A program made the translations under genes and the position numbers. A DNA stretch of 64,000 nt, taken from NCBI GenBank assembly GCA_964016885.1, contig OZ024742.1:106764001-106828000 (forward strand), written 5' to 3'. Source of the stretch: Eledone cirrhosa. Taxonomy: Eukaryota. This document shows positions 46,362-59,481 of the stretch, one piece after another (the stretch's first letter is position 1; each line of letters opens with the position of its first letter). The notes under the pieces were generated by a model. It was not told the DNA's origin and searched no databases. It worked only from the letters and a program-made list of their open reading frames with translations.

Positions 46362-46790
46362 CGGGTCCACACTATAGTGTGGTCATGTTGGTGTCACAAC
46401 AAAAAGCACCCAGTCCACACTGTAAAGTGGTCATGTTGGTGTCACAACAAAAAGCACCCAGTCCACACTGTAAAGTGGTCATGTTGGTGTCACAACAAAA
46501 AGCACCCAGTCCACACTGTAAAGTGGTCATGTTGGTGTCACAACAAAAAGCACCCAGTCCACACTGTAAAGTGGTCATTTAGGTGTCACAACAAAAAGCG
46601 CCCAGTCCACACTATAAAGTAGTCATTTTGGTGTCACAACAAAAAGCACCCAGTCCACACTGTAGGGTGGTCATGTTGGTGTCACAACAAAAAGCACCCA
46701 GTCCCCACTGTAAAGTAGTCATGTTGATGTCACAACAAAAGCACCCAGTCCACACTGTAAAGTAATCATTTTGGTACCACGATAAAATGC
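46362..46790 (+). repeat. 48-bp minisatellite (about 8.5 copies) amplified from a SINE/RTE-UTR internal segment
   Basis: Unit ggtcatgttggtgtcacaacaaaaagcacccagtccacactgtaaagt. The same motif occurs 1-3 times in the SINEs at 41760-41870 and 44430-44540. Confidence 0.92.
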
Positions 46791-47567
46791 TTCATATTAA
46801 GAAGGCCATCCAACTTTAGGAACCAAGCCAGAAATGATTCTGTATGAGCAAGACACAGTCATCTGATCTGACTTGTCTCACAACAGGACAACCCGAGCAT
46901 GGAAACTGGATGTTAAATGATGATGATGATGATTCTATTTGAGGTGCCAATTCACACACAATATTTACATACATACATACATGTAAAACATACAGACAAA
47001 AACGCACAATCACATACACACATCATCATCATTTCATCATTTCATTTTACGTCCGCTTTTTCCCTGCTTGCAAGGGTGGGACGGGAACTGATGCTGGCTT
47101 GATTTCTACAGCTGGATGCCCTTCCTAACACCAACCTCATTTACAGTGAGTACTGGGTGGTTTTTGCCGTGGCACCTACATGACCACTTTGCAGTGGAAT
47201 GATATGGACCCCAGTCCCTATCATCTCATTTCTACAGCTGAGTAAACTGGAGCAATGTGAAATAAAGTGTCTTGCTCAAGGAAACAACACATCACCCGGT
47301 CTGAGAATTGAACTCACAACCTTTCGATTGCAAGGCCAATGCTCTAACCACTAAGCCATGTGCCTCCACAATATTCTTATAAATAACGAAAAGGTCCACA
47401 ATATAAACACACACATGCACACAAGACATACACATACAGACATACACACACAAGACATACACATACAGACAACACACACACAAGACATACACATACACAC
47501 ACAGGCATACACACAAAATATGAAAAGATCAAGTAAAATGAAACAAAAAAGCAATAGTCTGACTTAC

Positions 47568-47669
47568 AGCAAGTATTGGACTTCTTGTCAACAATTTTGA
47601 TGTGGCTTGTCTCCTTAATAAGTCGTTCATTAATTTTGTCCATGTGGTCCCCTATATCATCGATAATTT
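47568..47669 (-). CDS. STX8: Syntaxin-8 exon, C-terminal half of the SNARE motif ((E)IIDDIGDHMDKINERLIKETSHIKIVDKKSNTC)
   Basis: 102 bp; acceptor ccctttcAG, donor GTaagt; phase 1/1. Lies within ORF 47377..47682. Resembles STX8 EIIDDLANLVENTDEKLRNETRRVNMVDRKSASC (recalled). Confidence 0.93.
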
Positions 47670-48216
47670 CTGAAAGGGACACAAAATGACAGGTTAATTA
47701 CAGAAATTTAAAGAATTTAGGGCATATTAGGGTACAGCTGCTGTGTTTGTGGGGCACGTGTGTGTATGTGTGAGTGTGTGTGTATGTGTGAGTGTGTGTG
47801 TATGTGTGAGTGTGTGCTGAAGTGTCTTGATATGACACAAAATGAGGGTTTAATCAGAGCAATTAAAATCAAATAATGTTTCTCTTACAACAGTAGTGGG
47901 AGGGGTGACATTCTCCACATCATCACAGCCAAAACCACCAACATCCCCACCGTCATCTCCACCATCATCATCACAATCATCATTAGAATCATCTCCACCA
48001 TCGTCACCACCATTGTCACCACTATCATCATTGCTTTAATAGCTGCTTTTTATCTATGGTGGCATGGGTTAAGCTCTGTCTATAATAATTCTTCTCCCTC
48101 TATATTCACCTCAACAGGACCATTAATATCATCATACAAGCACAATGGTTGTAATGTTGTAGTGATGGAATACTGACAACTCATGAACTCAAACCTTACC
48201 AATACTATTACTGATA

Positions 48217-48955
48217 ATAATTGTTTCTACTTTAGGCACAAGGCCAACAATTTTGAGGAAGGGGAAAGTTGATTAAATTGAACCCAGTATTTTATCAACC
48301 CTGTAAGGATGAAAGACAAAGCTTAACCTCGGCAGGATTTGAAGTCAGAGCGTAAAGGGCCATAACTCTATGCCGCAAAGCATATTATTTGACGCTCTAC
48401 TAATACTGCTAATCTAAATAATTGTTTCTACTTTAGGCACAAGGCCAGCAATTATCCAGTACATTACTGGTACTTTATTTAATCGACCCCGTAAGGATGA
48501 AAGGCAAAGTTAACCTCGGCGGGATTTGAACTCAGATCATAAAGGGACGTAACTCTATGCTTCAAAGCATGGTGTCCGACTCTCTACCGATACTGCCAAT
48601 CCACTGCTAATCTAAATAATAATAGTTGTTTCTAATTTTGGCACAAAGCCAACAATTACCCAGTGTATTACTGGTACTTTATTTTATCGACCCCGTAAGG
48701 ATGAAAGGCAAAGTTAACCTCGGCGGGATTTTAACTGAGAGTGGAAAGGGCCAATAATTTCTACTATAGGCACATGGCCAGCAATTCGGGGGAAGAGAAA
48801 AGTCATTTAAATCGACCCCAGTGCATGACTGGTGCTTTATTCTATTGATCCCGTAAGGATGACAGGCAAAGCTAACCTCAGTGGGATTTGAACTCAGAAC
48901 GTAAAGGGCCAGAACAAATACAGCTAAACATTTATTCAACACTAACAACTCTGTC
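48217..48955 (-). mobile_element. Head-to-tail cluster of 4 Meta-type SINEs; further copies at about 19650-19800, 23445-23580, 31445-31645, 46210-46350, 50842-51025, 55148-55505, 56424-56610
   Basis: Repeated aattgtttctactttaggcacaaggcc...cgaccccgtaaggatgaaaggcaaagttaacctcggcgggatttgaactcag. Confidence 0.85.
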
Positions 48956-49801
48956 AAAATCATTTCATTGTTGACCTCAAGGGTCCAAAATGATAGGGAC
49001 AATACAAAGGTAAAATATTTTTTAAATCAACATACAAGTGAGGGGTTTAAATCATCATTTTTATGTACATTTTCTATGCCTAACTGAGTTAGATGAGTTG
49101 TAACATTCTATGACTAGACAGGATAGTTATACATGGCCACCAGTATATTACAATAATTGCATAACTGTATCTATGATTATATAAGCATCTGATGAAGTCA
49201 CATGAATAAATCATGTAACAGAAATATATATCATTCCATTCTGGCATGGTTTCTACCGTTGTATGCCCTTCTTGATGCTAACCACTTCACAGTGTGTACC
49301 AGGTGTATTTTACCATGGCACTTGCATTACTTCCTGACAAGGAAGTAAATAGATACACATTCCAGTTCACAAGAGAACATTCAGTAAAAAAGAAAATTCG
49401 ACAATGCAAAAATATATTTCAAATACATTTAAGCAGGAAAATATTGAAAAAGATACATAAAAGATGCAAATACTCACATCATCCTCATCATTTAACATTC
49501 ATTTTCTTTTCTAGTGAAGGTTGGATGGATATTAACAGACAGGGTCAGCACTTAAGTGGGGCTACAGACCTCTTAGATGGTCTGGGATTCTGCACCTCCC
49601 TTACACATGGTCCTGCACTTTACCAAGTGCATTTTGTTATGACACCAGCAATATGGAGGTTGTTATGTCTTTGACACAGCTGAAGAGCCCTCACAACCCT
49701 TTGTTTGCCAGGTTTTCTATGGCTGGATGCTCTTCCTATCACCAACCACTTTCCAGAGTATATACATCAAGTAAAAATAGAGTGAAATCAATAATAATTA
49801 C

Positions 49802-49894
49802 CATTCTGTGTATCACATTCATTACCAATGTCAACTGCCATTTGTTTTTGGTGAGAAATGACACGTGATAAGGCATCAAGACCTTCATCTTGCT
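49802..49894 (-). CDS. STX8: Syntaxin-8 exon, N-terminal half of the SNARE motif ((Q)QDEGLDALSRVISHQKQMAVDIGNECDTQN)
   Basis: 93 bp; acceptor ttttcttcttttgtAG, donor GTaatt; phase 1/1. Has the Qc-SNARE signature QDxGLDALS and the zero-layer Q in DTQN. Confidence 0.93.
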
Positions 49895-50093
49895 CTACAA
49901 AAGAAGAAAAGTAAATATATAGTGCACTTCATTCAAACAGACTAACGATTACCACCCACTATTGCACATGCACTCTTTCAACATTACAAATGTTTGTGTA
50001 AAAGTGTCTTTTTATGAGTGCACATATATACATGCAAATATATCAACACATGTATTCAAATATATATATATATATATACTCACACACACACAT

Positions 50094-50142
<49 letters not shown>

Positions 50143-50156
50143 TATATATATATACT

Positions 50157-50226
<70 letters not shown>

Positions 50227-50254
50227 TATATATATATATATACACACACACACA

Positions 50255-50600
50255 TATATATACATGCAAACATATCAACATATGTATTCAAATAGATATA
50301 TATATATATCTATTTGAATACATATGTTGATATGTTTACATGTATATATGTACATATCTTCAGGAATACAAATATTGCCATAAGCATCAACATAAAACAT
50401 ACAAAAAGTGACTTCAGATTAGACTCATATCATATTAAAAAATATGACATGAGTCTAATCTGTAATATGAAGTCACTTTTTGCATGTTTTTATGTTGATG
50501 CTTATGGCAATATTTGTATTCCTGAAGATATTTAGACCAGCAGACTAATGTCCAATATATATTGAGGTAATGCCGTCTGTTATACAAACGTACGTAGAGT
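50255..50600. repeat. Two adjacent inverted repeats (about 50255-50349 and 50354-50531) followed by a degenerate hammerhead
   Basis: First: catgcaaacatatcaacatatgtattcaaataga(TA)n tctatttgaatacatatgttgatatgtttacatg. Second: atatcttcaggaatac...gtattcctgaagatat. Then CTGAAGA(50522)...cAAACGTACGTA. Confidence 0.85.
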
Positions 50601-51137
50601 AAAATTATGTTATATATCTGAATTGGTTATTCATTCTTTATTTATTAAACTTTGAGCTCTGCAGTTTGTACCATAACAATCCATAACTTAATCTACAGAG
50701 GTTGAAAAATCATTGAGCCTTTTTAGGTTACCAATTGACCAAGGATACTGATTAGCATTGAGCTTCTATAATCTTTACCAGGACATATATTGGTAAGCTC
50801 CAACATAACCTAACATATATTATATATATTATATATATATATAATTGTTTCTACTTTTGGCAGAAAGCCAGCAATTATCCCAGTGCATTACTGGTACTTT
50901 ATTTTATCGACCCCCGTAAGGATGAAAGGCAAAGTTAACCTCGGCAGGATTTGAACTCAGATCAGAAAGAGGCGTAACTCTGTACTGCAAAGCATGTTAT
51001 CCGACCCTCTACCGATACTGCCAAACCATCACTTTATATATATATAATGGGCTGCAACGTTAGTGACAAGCTTTTGCTTTATTGGTAGTGTGGAGAGAGC
51101 TATGTCAAGCCAAGCTGAGCTAGACGGAGCTGTGTTC

Positions 51138-51270
51138 ATCCGATCCGATCCCGGATCAGATCAGATACCAGACCAGATCCAACACCAGATCAGATCCAAC
51201 ACCGGATCAGACCCAACCCCAGATCAGATCCGACACTGGATCGGATCAGACATCGGATCAGGTCCAACAC
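51138..51270. repeat. Degenerate (GATC[AC])-based satellite, about 16-bp period
   Basis: Recurring cagatcagatccaacac variants. Confidence 0.75.
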
Positions 51271-51909
51271 CATATATTCTTCAGGCAAAACTAAAATAAA
51301 TATTTTTGTTTTCCTTTACCCGTCATTATCATCATCGTTTTTACAATCACTTTTCCATGTTGGCATAGTTTAGATAGGACTTCTTCAAGCAATGTTTTAC
51401 AGCTGGATTCCCTTCCTGACATCAACCCTTTTAATCACTTTGTAGTGACCTACATTCCGCGGGCTCACATACATTCTCTGTGTGTGATTTAGCTCAGCTC
51501 AGCCAATCAGTGCCAGTAGAAGAGAATGTATCCCTACGCGCCCTGAGGGAAAAATTCCCGCGTTGATTTGAGAAATCTCTCTTTGGCATCCTAACCGTGG
51601 AAAGGTAAACAACTAACTTTCTTTCGTCGTGGAATCACTAGCCAATATGTAACACAACAACTTAACCACGGCCTGGCAATACTTCAGCCAGTAGAATGTG
51701 CCTTCTGATATTCTTAATTCGTTTGTTTTATTACTCTTGGCATGCCTGCTCTACTCAGCTCTCACAGCTCAACCTTGTTAATAAATAATGTAAAACAAGC
51801 CAAGTCGTTGTCGATGTTCTTACCACATTTTACTACCAAACTGTTACCACAGCAATGCCTTTAGATGTGATATGGAAGGATTCCTTCCAGAGGTATTATC
51901 ACAGCAGCA

Positions 51910-52395
51910 ACAGAACCTGAGACTTACAGCCTAACCTCAATTCTTCGTGGTGATACATCTACTCTTAAAAACATTCTGTTAAAACTGGTGACCCCGAGAA
52001 AAAAATAATAGGATCTGGTGTTGTGTGTATATAGAAAAAAGAAAATTAATTAGCAGTATTTCACAAAAAAATTTTAAACACGAACACGAGGAAATTTCAA
52101 AATGGCTACCAACAAATCCTCCGCAACTATCAACAATTTACAATCCAAAAGAACAAAAGAAGGAACATGCAGACATACTTTTCGTTGGGACACACTTTCT
52201 TCCACCTAATGTGGAATTCGGACACAAAATTTCTCCGGCATTCAAGGACACAAATTTTCTCCGACAAACAACAAAAATTCGGACACAAAAATTTCTCCGG
52301 CATTCAAGGACACAGAAACTGAGACTTACAGCCTAACCTCAATTCTTTGTGGTGATACATCTACTCTTAAAATCATCCTGTTAAAACTAGTGACT
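51910..52395. repeat. About 80-bp direct repeats (about 51910-51992 and 52312-52394) bracketing a short internal duplication
   Basis: ctgagacttacagcctaacctcaattctt(c/t)gtggtgatacatctactcttaaaa occurs twice, as does ttcggacacaaaatttctccggcattcaaggacaca. Confidence 0.75.
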
Positions 52396-52561
52396 TTCGA
52401 CGCAGGAGTATTTAAGCATGAAAAGCTTTACAATATATATATATACATCAACCGAGCATTCTGTTAAAACTTCTTACGATATATAGGGATACAGTTTACC
52501 TATTCTAAACCAGATACACAAAGCTAATTGTATGACATAAAGGAACAACAAAAGCACTTAC

Positions 52562-52686
52562 GTGCAATAACACTCCGTTGATGTGTCCGCAGGTCTTGGC
52601 TGTCCATATTTTGGTACTCATCTGGTTCATCTAGGAAAGGGTTTGTAGAGGGACGGCTTGTAGGAGGAGTGGACATCAAGGTCTGC
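52562..52686 (-). CDS. STX8: Syntaxin-8 exon, linker before the SNARE motif (QTLMSTPPTSRPSTNPFLDEPDEYQNMDSQDLRTHQRSVIA)
   Basis: 125 bp; acceptor ctttgatcttacAG, donor GTaagt; phase 2/1, in frame with the next exon. Resembles STX8 RSSLMS...NPWLFEEPEETRGLGFDEIRQQQQKIIQ (recalled). Confidence 0.88.
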
Positions 52687-52777
52687 CTGTAAGATCAAAG
52701 AAACAGTCATAAAATACAAGATATCATAGAATTTAGAACAGAGACATCAGTATTATGAGAAAGGTAAGCAATGTCAT

Positions 52778-53020
52778 ATGACTTATAGTATACCAACAGA
52801 TGACTTATAGTATACCAACAGATGACTTATAGTATATCAATAGATGACTTATAGAATATCAATAGATGACTTATAGTATATCAATAGATGACTTATAGTA
52901 TATCAATAGATGACTTATAGTATATCAATAGATGACTTATAGTATATCAATAGATGACTTATAGTATACCAACAGATGACTTATAGTATATCAATAGATG
53001 ACTTATAGTATATCAATAGA
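52778..53020. repeat. 22-bp minisatellite (gatgacttatagtatatcaata), about 11 copies
   Basis: Directly visible; abuts the RTE 3' tail. Confidence 0.92.
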
Positions 53021-55134
53021 TCATCATCATCATCATCGTTTAACGTCTATCTTCCATGCTAGCATGGGTTTAGACGGGAATTGTCCCACTTGAGGCAAGA
53101 TTGGTCATCTCGCTCATATAGGACTGTCTGGCAGGTTTTCTACGGCTGGATGCCCTTCCTAACACCAACCAAGTTTACAGTGTGGACTGGGAGGTTTTTA
53201 CCGTGTTACCTACACGGCCACATTACAGTGTGGACTGTTTTTTTTGTCATGACACCTACACAACCTCATTTATTTAGGACTGGATGTTGTGGCACCAACA
53301 TAACTTTACAGAGAAAGGGGTGGTGTAGATGGGGGTGGGGGTGGAGGAGTGGAATGGGGGTGTATATTTGATTAAGCGGTGCCTACTGACTGTAGGTTTT
53401 GCTTTGTACTTAGGCAAGGCAGGTCTTCTGTATTACTGCGTAGCACCAAAGATCTCAGTCCAGTGACATTGTCTTAGAGAGGTGTAAGTGTGTAAGGTTG
53501 GAATTTATCAAATCGTCCCAGGTTTTTCTGGGTCTGCCTACTCCGTAACTTCCGTCAATTTTGATCACCCTGCACTTTTGCACTTTTATATGCAGCTGTC
53601 ATCTTTCATGCACATCACGTGACCATACCAACGTAATCTGCTCTCAAGTAAACAGCATCTGATCTCTTTTATACCTAATTTCTCACTTACTTCATTTATG
53701 CTTTGCTGTTCACATATATTACTATTACACATACAGCGGAACATGCATGCTTCGTTCCTCTCCAGTCTGCGCAGATCCTCTGCACGCAATTCCCATGTCT
53801 CACTGCCATGTAACATAGCTGTTTGTATGCAGGCATCATACAGTCTGACTTTCATTTTTAGAGAGAAACCTTTAGTGGCCAATAGTGGTATAAGCTCTCT
53901 GAACTTTTTCCATCCCATTCTGACTCTGGCTACTGTACTTTCTGAGCACCCTCCACCACTGCTGATTTTGTCACCCAGGTAACGTAAGGTGTCCATTATT
54001 TCTATAGAGCCATCTGGGCAATAGGAGCTAGTATCTTGTGGGCGCTTGTTACTTATTGCACCTGAGCACCGGCCACATATAAAATCTACGTTCTTAGATA
54101 GCTTACCTGTGATCCCACTACATCTTTTATGTATCCATACTTTGCATTTGGAACATAAAATGGAATTTCTGCTGCCTACTCCTTTCCTACACACTGAGAA
54201 TGGCCATTTCCCAGAGGGGACCTGTGCCCTACTTTCCGTCCTACATACTAGAACTTTAGTCTTAGACAAGTTAACTTTAAGGCCTTTTGATTCTAGGCCA
54301 TGCTTCCATGTTTGGAATTTCTTCTCTAGTTCAGCCATCGATTCAACTATGAGCGTTAGATCATCTGCATAGAGAAGTTCCCATGGGCAGCCGGTCTTGA
54401 ACTCCTCTGTTATAGCCTGAGGGGCAATAATATATAGGAGGGGGCTAAGGATAGAGCCCTGATGAACACCAACTTTTATGCTAAATTCTTCACTATTCGT
54501 TGTTAATTCTAACCTTGCTGACTGTTTCTTTATACATGGCTTGTATAGCTCTCACAAGCCATTCATCAACCCCTAGTTTTCTAAGGGCCCACCAGATAAT
54601 GGCACGGGGGGACTCTGTCAAATGCTTTCTCCAAGTCAACAAAAGCTAAGTATAGGGTTTACTTTTAGCTAGGTACTTCTCCTGTAGTTGTCGTCCAAGG
54701 TACTTTTACCTGACACAAACCCAAACTGCATTTCATCTAGATCAATTTTCTCTCTGGTTAGTTGCGCTATAACTTTTTCTGTGACCTTCATGACCTGGTC
54801 AATTAATTTAATGCCTCTATAGTTTCCTCTATCTAGTGCATCTCCTTTACCCTTGTAGCAGTTAATGATGATGCTGCTATGCCAATGATTTGGTATGACC
54901 CTGTTCTGTATGACTTGGTTTACTATCCGGGTGACCATAGTGTGTCCCACCGTTCCAGATGCTTTCAGCATTTCAGCAACTATCTTCGAAGGCCCAGATG
55001 CCTTGCCTGTTTTCATATCTTTGATTGCCTTACTTATTATACTATCTTCAACTTGCACTGCTGGTCCCTCTATTGGATCGATGTAGGGCAGACTATCTTT
55101 TTCCCATTTATTCTCCTCATTTAGTAGCCTCTCG
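53021..55134 (-). mobile_element. RTE LINE, about 2.1 kb, same family as 42099-44230 but in opposite orientation
   Basis: ORFs 54669..55058 and 53586..54338 match the 42-44 kb translation over long stretches, with the same 3' UTR and (ATG)n tail. Confidence 0.95.
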
Positions 55135-55519
55135 ATGACTTATAATATAATTATTTCTACTTTTGGCACAAGTGCATTACTGGTACTTTATTTTATCGAC
55201 TCCATAAGGATGAAAGGCAAAGTTAACCTCGGCGGGATTTGAACTCAGATCATAAAGGGCCGTAACTCTATGCTGCAAAACATGGTGTCCAACTCTACAG
55301 ATACTGCCAATCCACCGCCCTTCATGTTTCTAATACAGGCACAAGGCCAGTAATTTGAGGGAGGGGAGAGTTAAATCTTTACTAGTACTTTATTTTATTG
55401 AACCTGGAAAGATGAAAAACAAAGCTGACCTCAGTGGGATAAAAGGCCATAACTAAATACTACAAAGCATTTTGTCCAATACTCTAACAATTCCACCAAT
55501 CTACCACAATTGGGTCATA

Positions 55520-56640
55520 TAATAATGTGTCACAGTAATTAAATAGATGTGACATAGCATAATACTGCATGTCATAGTATAATAATGTGTCATAGTAATT
55601 AAATAGATGTGTCATAGTATAATACTGCATGTCATAGTAATTAAATAGATGTGTCATAGTATAATAATAAATGTCATAGTATAATAATAAATGTCATAGT
55701 ATAATAATAAATGTCATAGTATAATAATGCATATCATAGTATAATAATAAATGTCATAGTATAATAATAAATGTCATAGTATAATAATAAATGTCATAGT
55801 ATAATAATGCATATCATAGTATAATAATAAATGTCATAGTATAATAATAAATGCCATAATATAATAATAAATGTCATAGTATAATAATAAATGTCATAGT
55901 ATAATAATAAATGTCATAGTATAATAATAAATGTCATAGTATAATAATAAATGTCATAGTATAATAATGCATTTCATAGTATAATAATAAATGTCATAAT
56001 ATAATAATAAATGTCATAGTATAATAATAAATGTCATAGTATAATAATAAATGTCATAGTATAATAATAAATGTCATAGTATAATAGTGCATTTCATAGT
56101 ATAATAATAAATGTCATAATATAATAATAAATGTCATAGTATAATAATAAATGTCATAGTATAATAATAAATGTCATAGTATAATAATGCATTTCATAGT
56201 ATAATAATAAATGTCATAGTATAATAATAAATGTCATAGTATAATAATAAATGTCATAGTATAATAATGCATTTCATAGTATAATAATAAATGTCATAGT
56301 ATAATAATAAATGTCATAGTATAATAATAAATGTCATAGTATAATAATAAATATCATAGTATAATAATAAATGTCATAGTATAATAATAAATGTCATAGT
56401 ATAATAATAAATGTCATAGTATAATAATTGTTTCTACTTTTTGGCACAAGGCCAGCAATTACCCAGTGCATTACTGGTACTTTATTTTATCGACCCCGTA
56501 AGGATGAAAGGCAAAGTCAACCTCGGCGGGATTTGAACTCAGATCGTTAAGGGACGTAACTATGCTGGAAAGCATGGCGTCCGACCCTCTACCGATACTG
56601 CCAATCCACCTCATAGTATAATAATAAATGTCATAGTATA
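55520..56640. repeat. 20-bp minisatellite (ataataataaatgtcatagt), about 45 copies, interrupted by a SINE at 56424-56610
   Basis: Directly visible; the array resumes after the SINE. Confidence 0.95.
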
Positions 56641-56768
56641 CTAATTCATGTATACTAACACGTGTTGACCATGACCTGATAGTTTCAAATACTGAACATT
56701 AAGAATTACCACATGTAGGTATGTGTGTGTGTGTATGTGCATGTGTGTGTGAATGTGTATGTGTGTGT

Positions 56769-57308
56769 GCCACCACCATCACCACCATCATTGCCACCAC
56801 TATCACTATCATCACCACTACCATCATTGCCACCACCACCACCACCATCACCACCATCATTGCCACCACCATCATCACCACCATCATCATCACCACCATT
56901 ACCACTACCATCATTGCCACCACCATCACCATCATCATTGCCACCACCATCACCACCATCATTGCCACCACCATCATTGCCACCACCACCATCACCACCA
57001 CCACCACCACCACCATCACTACCATCATTGCCACCACCATCATTGCCACCACCATCACTACCACCATCACTACCATCATTGCCACCACCATCGCCACCAT
57101 CATCACCACCACCATTACCACCATCATTGCCACCACCATCACCACCATCACCACCATCATCACCACCACCATTACCACCATCATTGCCACCACCATCACT
57201 ACCATCATCACCATCACCATCACCACCATCATTACCACCACCATTACCACCACCATTACCACCATCACCACCATCATTACCACCACCATCACCATCATCA
57301 CCATTATC
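56769..57308. repeat. (ACC/ATC)n degenerate trinucleotide tract with recurring accatcattgcc
   Basis: Directly visible; source of the polyHis/Pro/Thr ORFs. Confidence 0.92.
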
Positions 57309-58282
57309 AAACGCTAATAATTAGGTAGACTCTACCACTTCATTATACCCACCCTGCATCTCATCATGCATTAAGTACCACTCTGATTTGAGGTCTTCCC
57401 CATTCTCCACACCCTATTTTTACGTCCACTTTTCCATGCTGGCATGGGTTGGTTGGGGTGCTTTGAGGTAATGCTCTACAGCCGGATGCCCTTCCTGACA
57501 CCAACCTTCTTATGATGCAAGGACATAGTGTACCAATTCAGAAATGGAGGATATACAGGGAAATATATAAGTATATATATATATATGCATGTGTGTGTGT
57601 GCAGGCATGTGTATGTATGTGTGTGAATATGTGCATATATATATATATGTGTATACATGCATACATAATATATATATATATATTTATATATATACACATA
57701 TATATTTATATATGTCTATGTGTATACAAATGTGTGTGTATATGAGCATTTGACCTTAGTGAACCAAATTTCGTAGTAAAAATGTACCAAAGTGACCTCA
57801 TTTCAAAGGATCTTCATTTTCATCCTGCTGGTTGACAGAGAGAGGTCTGTAAGCAATAGAAGAAGCAATTTGCACACATCCCAATTATGTCACAGTAAAC
57901 AAGTTCTAGACTGTTCCCTGTGAACACAATTGCCAGAATCTTTTATGTCCAATGGGAAATGACAGCTTTTTTACACTTCCTCTCTATCTCAGAGGTTGTA
58001 GAGGTGGCAGGGGTGTCTCTGTTGTCTTGTCTATTCCAACTAATGTAACAATCTACCTCTTTCTTTTTGCTAATAATGCTTCTCTTCCCTCCATATTTTG
58101 TTCTCTCGCTCTCTTTCAATATGTGTGTGTGTGTGTGCTTGTATGTCACTCAAAACCATGCAAAAATCTATGTATTCTATCTACTATATATTCCATCTAT
58201 CAAACTATATCTGTCTATCTGTTAGCTACTTATTTGAGTATGAGTCTCTCTCTCACTCTCTAGATGTGTGTGTGTGTATGTG

Positions 58283-58364
<82 letters not shown>

Positions 58365-59437
58365 CATTTATGTTTTGTGGTTCACCAATGGCTAGAACTG
58401 GTCATTTTATTTAGTTAACCATTATGTAATAGTATGAAAAGCACTCTACATTATGCAACTCATCCATCGTTGATGTTGAATCCTCTGGCTGGTGCAAGAA
58501 TGGAGTTATATTATATATTAATTTGATTAAAACAACATGAGGCCAGACTGGTAACATTCCTTTAAAATTTTATTGTTGCAAAAAATACTGTATATATTTC
58601 AATGGCCTGGTTATGTAAGATCCTGGTGACATCATCAAGCGCAGATTGCATAATTAATTAATGAATAAAAGAGTTATGGCAAACCCAAACAGAGAATAGA
58701 GAAAATATTTAATTCAGAGATGGCCCTCAAAATCATCTCCGAATAACAAGCTCATCAATGCAAACATTGTGGGTTTGGTAGGCACAATCAAGCTGGGTGT
58801 GGGGCTTGTGTGTTGGTAACATACATACCGCTGTTATATATTCTATGCCGTTAATGAGAGCCATTTGGTTTATAGCCACAGAGGTTATGGGTAATAAATT
58901 CTGTGTGAATACATCCTGGCCAAAGGCAGCTAACTGTGATGGTGGAGAAGATCAGATTAAAGGAGTTATGTTCTATGGAGGTCAAGAAGGTTATACAAAG
59001 TCACAAAAATGTATAAAAAGTAATGAAAGTTGGGTTGAATGCCGTGTTAACTAAATGAACAAAAATTAATTATGAAAAATATATTACGTAAAAAATATAA
59101 GTAAATATAGATATAAATAAATATTAGTTATTGTCAGTGTTTCAGTAAAATAATTGATTAACAGTAAGTAATCTTGTTCACACTAATATGTGTGTTTGCC
59201 TTGTGAAATAAAAAACAAGGAGCGTGGTTTGGTGATCACGACTGACGTAATGACTCTCCTCATCTCTGCAAGGTTCAAAAAATGATATACCAGTACGGAG
59301 TATATTCATATATTGAAGATGGGAAATTAATTAATTAGCTAATTCCAAGCAATCAAGGAATGGAAACAAATTCCAGCATCTTGTGTGTAACTCGGAAAGT
59401 CCTCAGATGGTCAGTCATTAAACAATGATGATGATGA

Positions 59438-59474
<37 letters not shown>

Positions 59475-59481
<7 letters not shown>

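Noticed and set aside
46362-46790. Repetitive Cys/His/Trp protein (WSCWCHNKKHPVHTVK)n or CRISPR array
   Set aside because: A 48-bp SINE-derived tandem repeat that stays open in several frames simply because the unit is a multiple of 3.
47377-47567. Hydrophobic read-through after KKSNTC as the STX8 TM domain
   Set aside because: It crosses a canonical GTAAGT donor into (TG)-rich repeat, and a much better TM exon exists at 742-806.
56699-57328. Histidine-rich (beak-protein-like) or extensin-like gene
   Set aside because: A degenerate (ACC/ATC)n tract open in four frames, starting in a (TG)n repeat; no signal peptide or Gly/Ala motifs.
57795-57850. Candidate upstream STX8 exon (cttacAG|acctctc...)
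   Set aside because: In-frame stop in the expected phase and no similarity to the STX8 Habc region; upstream exons are probably outside the window.
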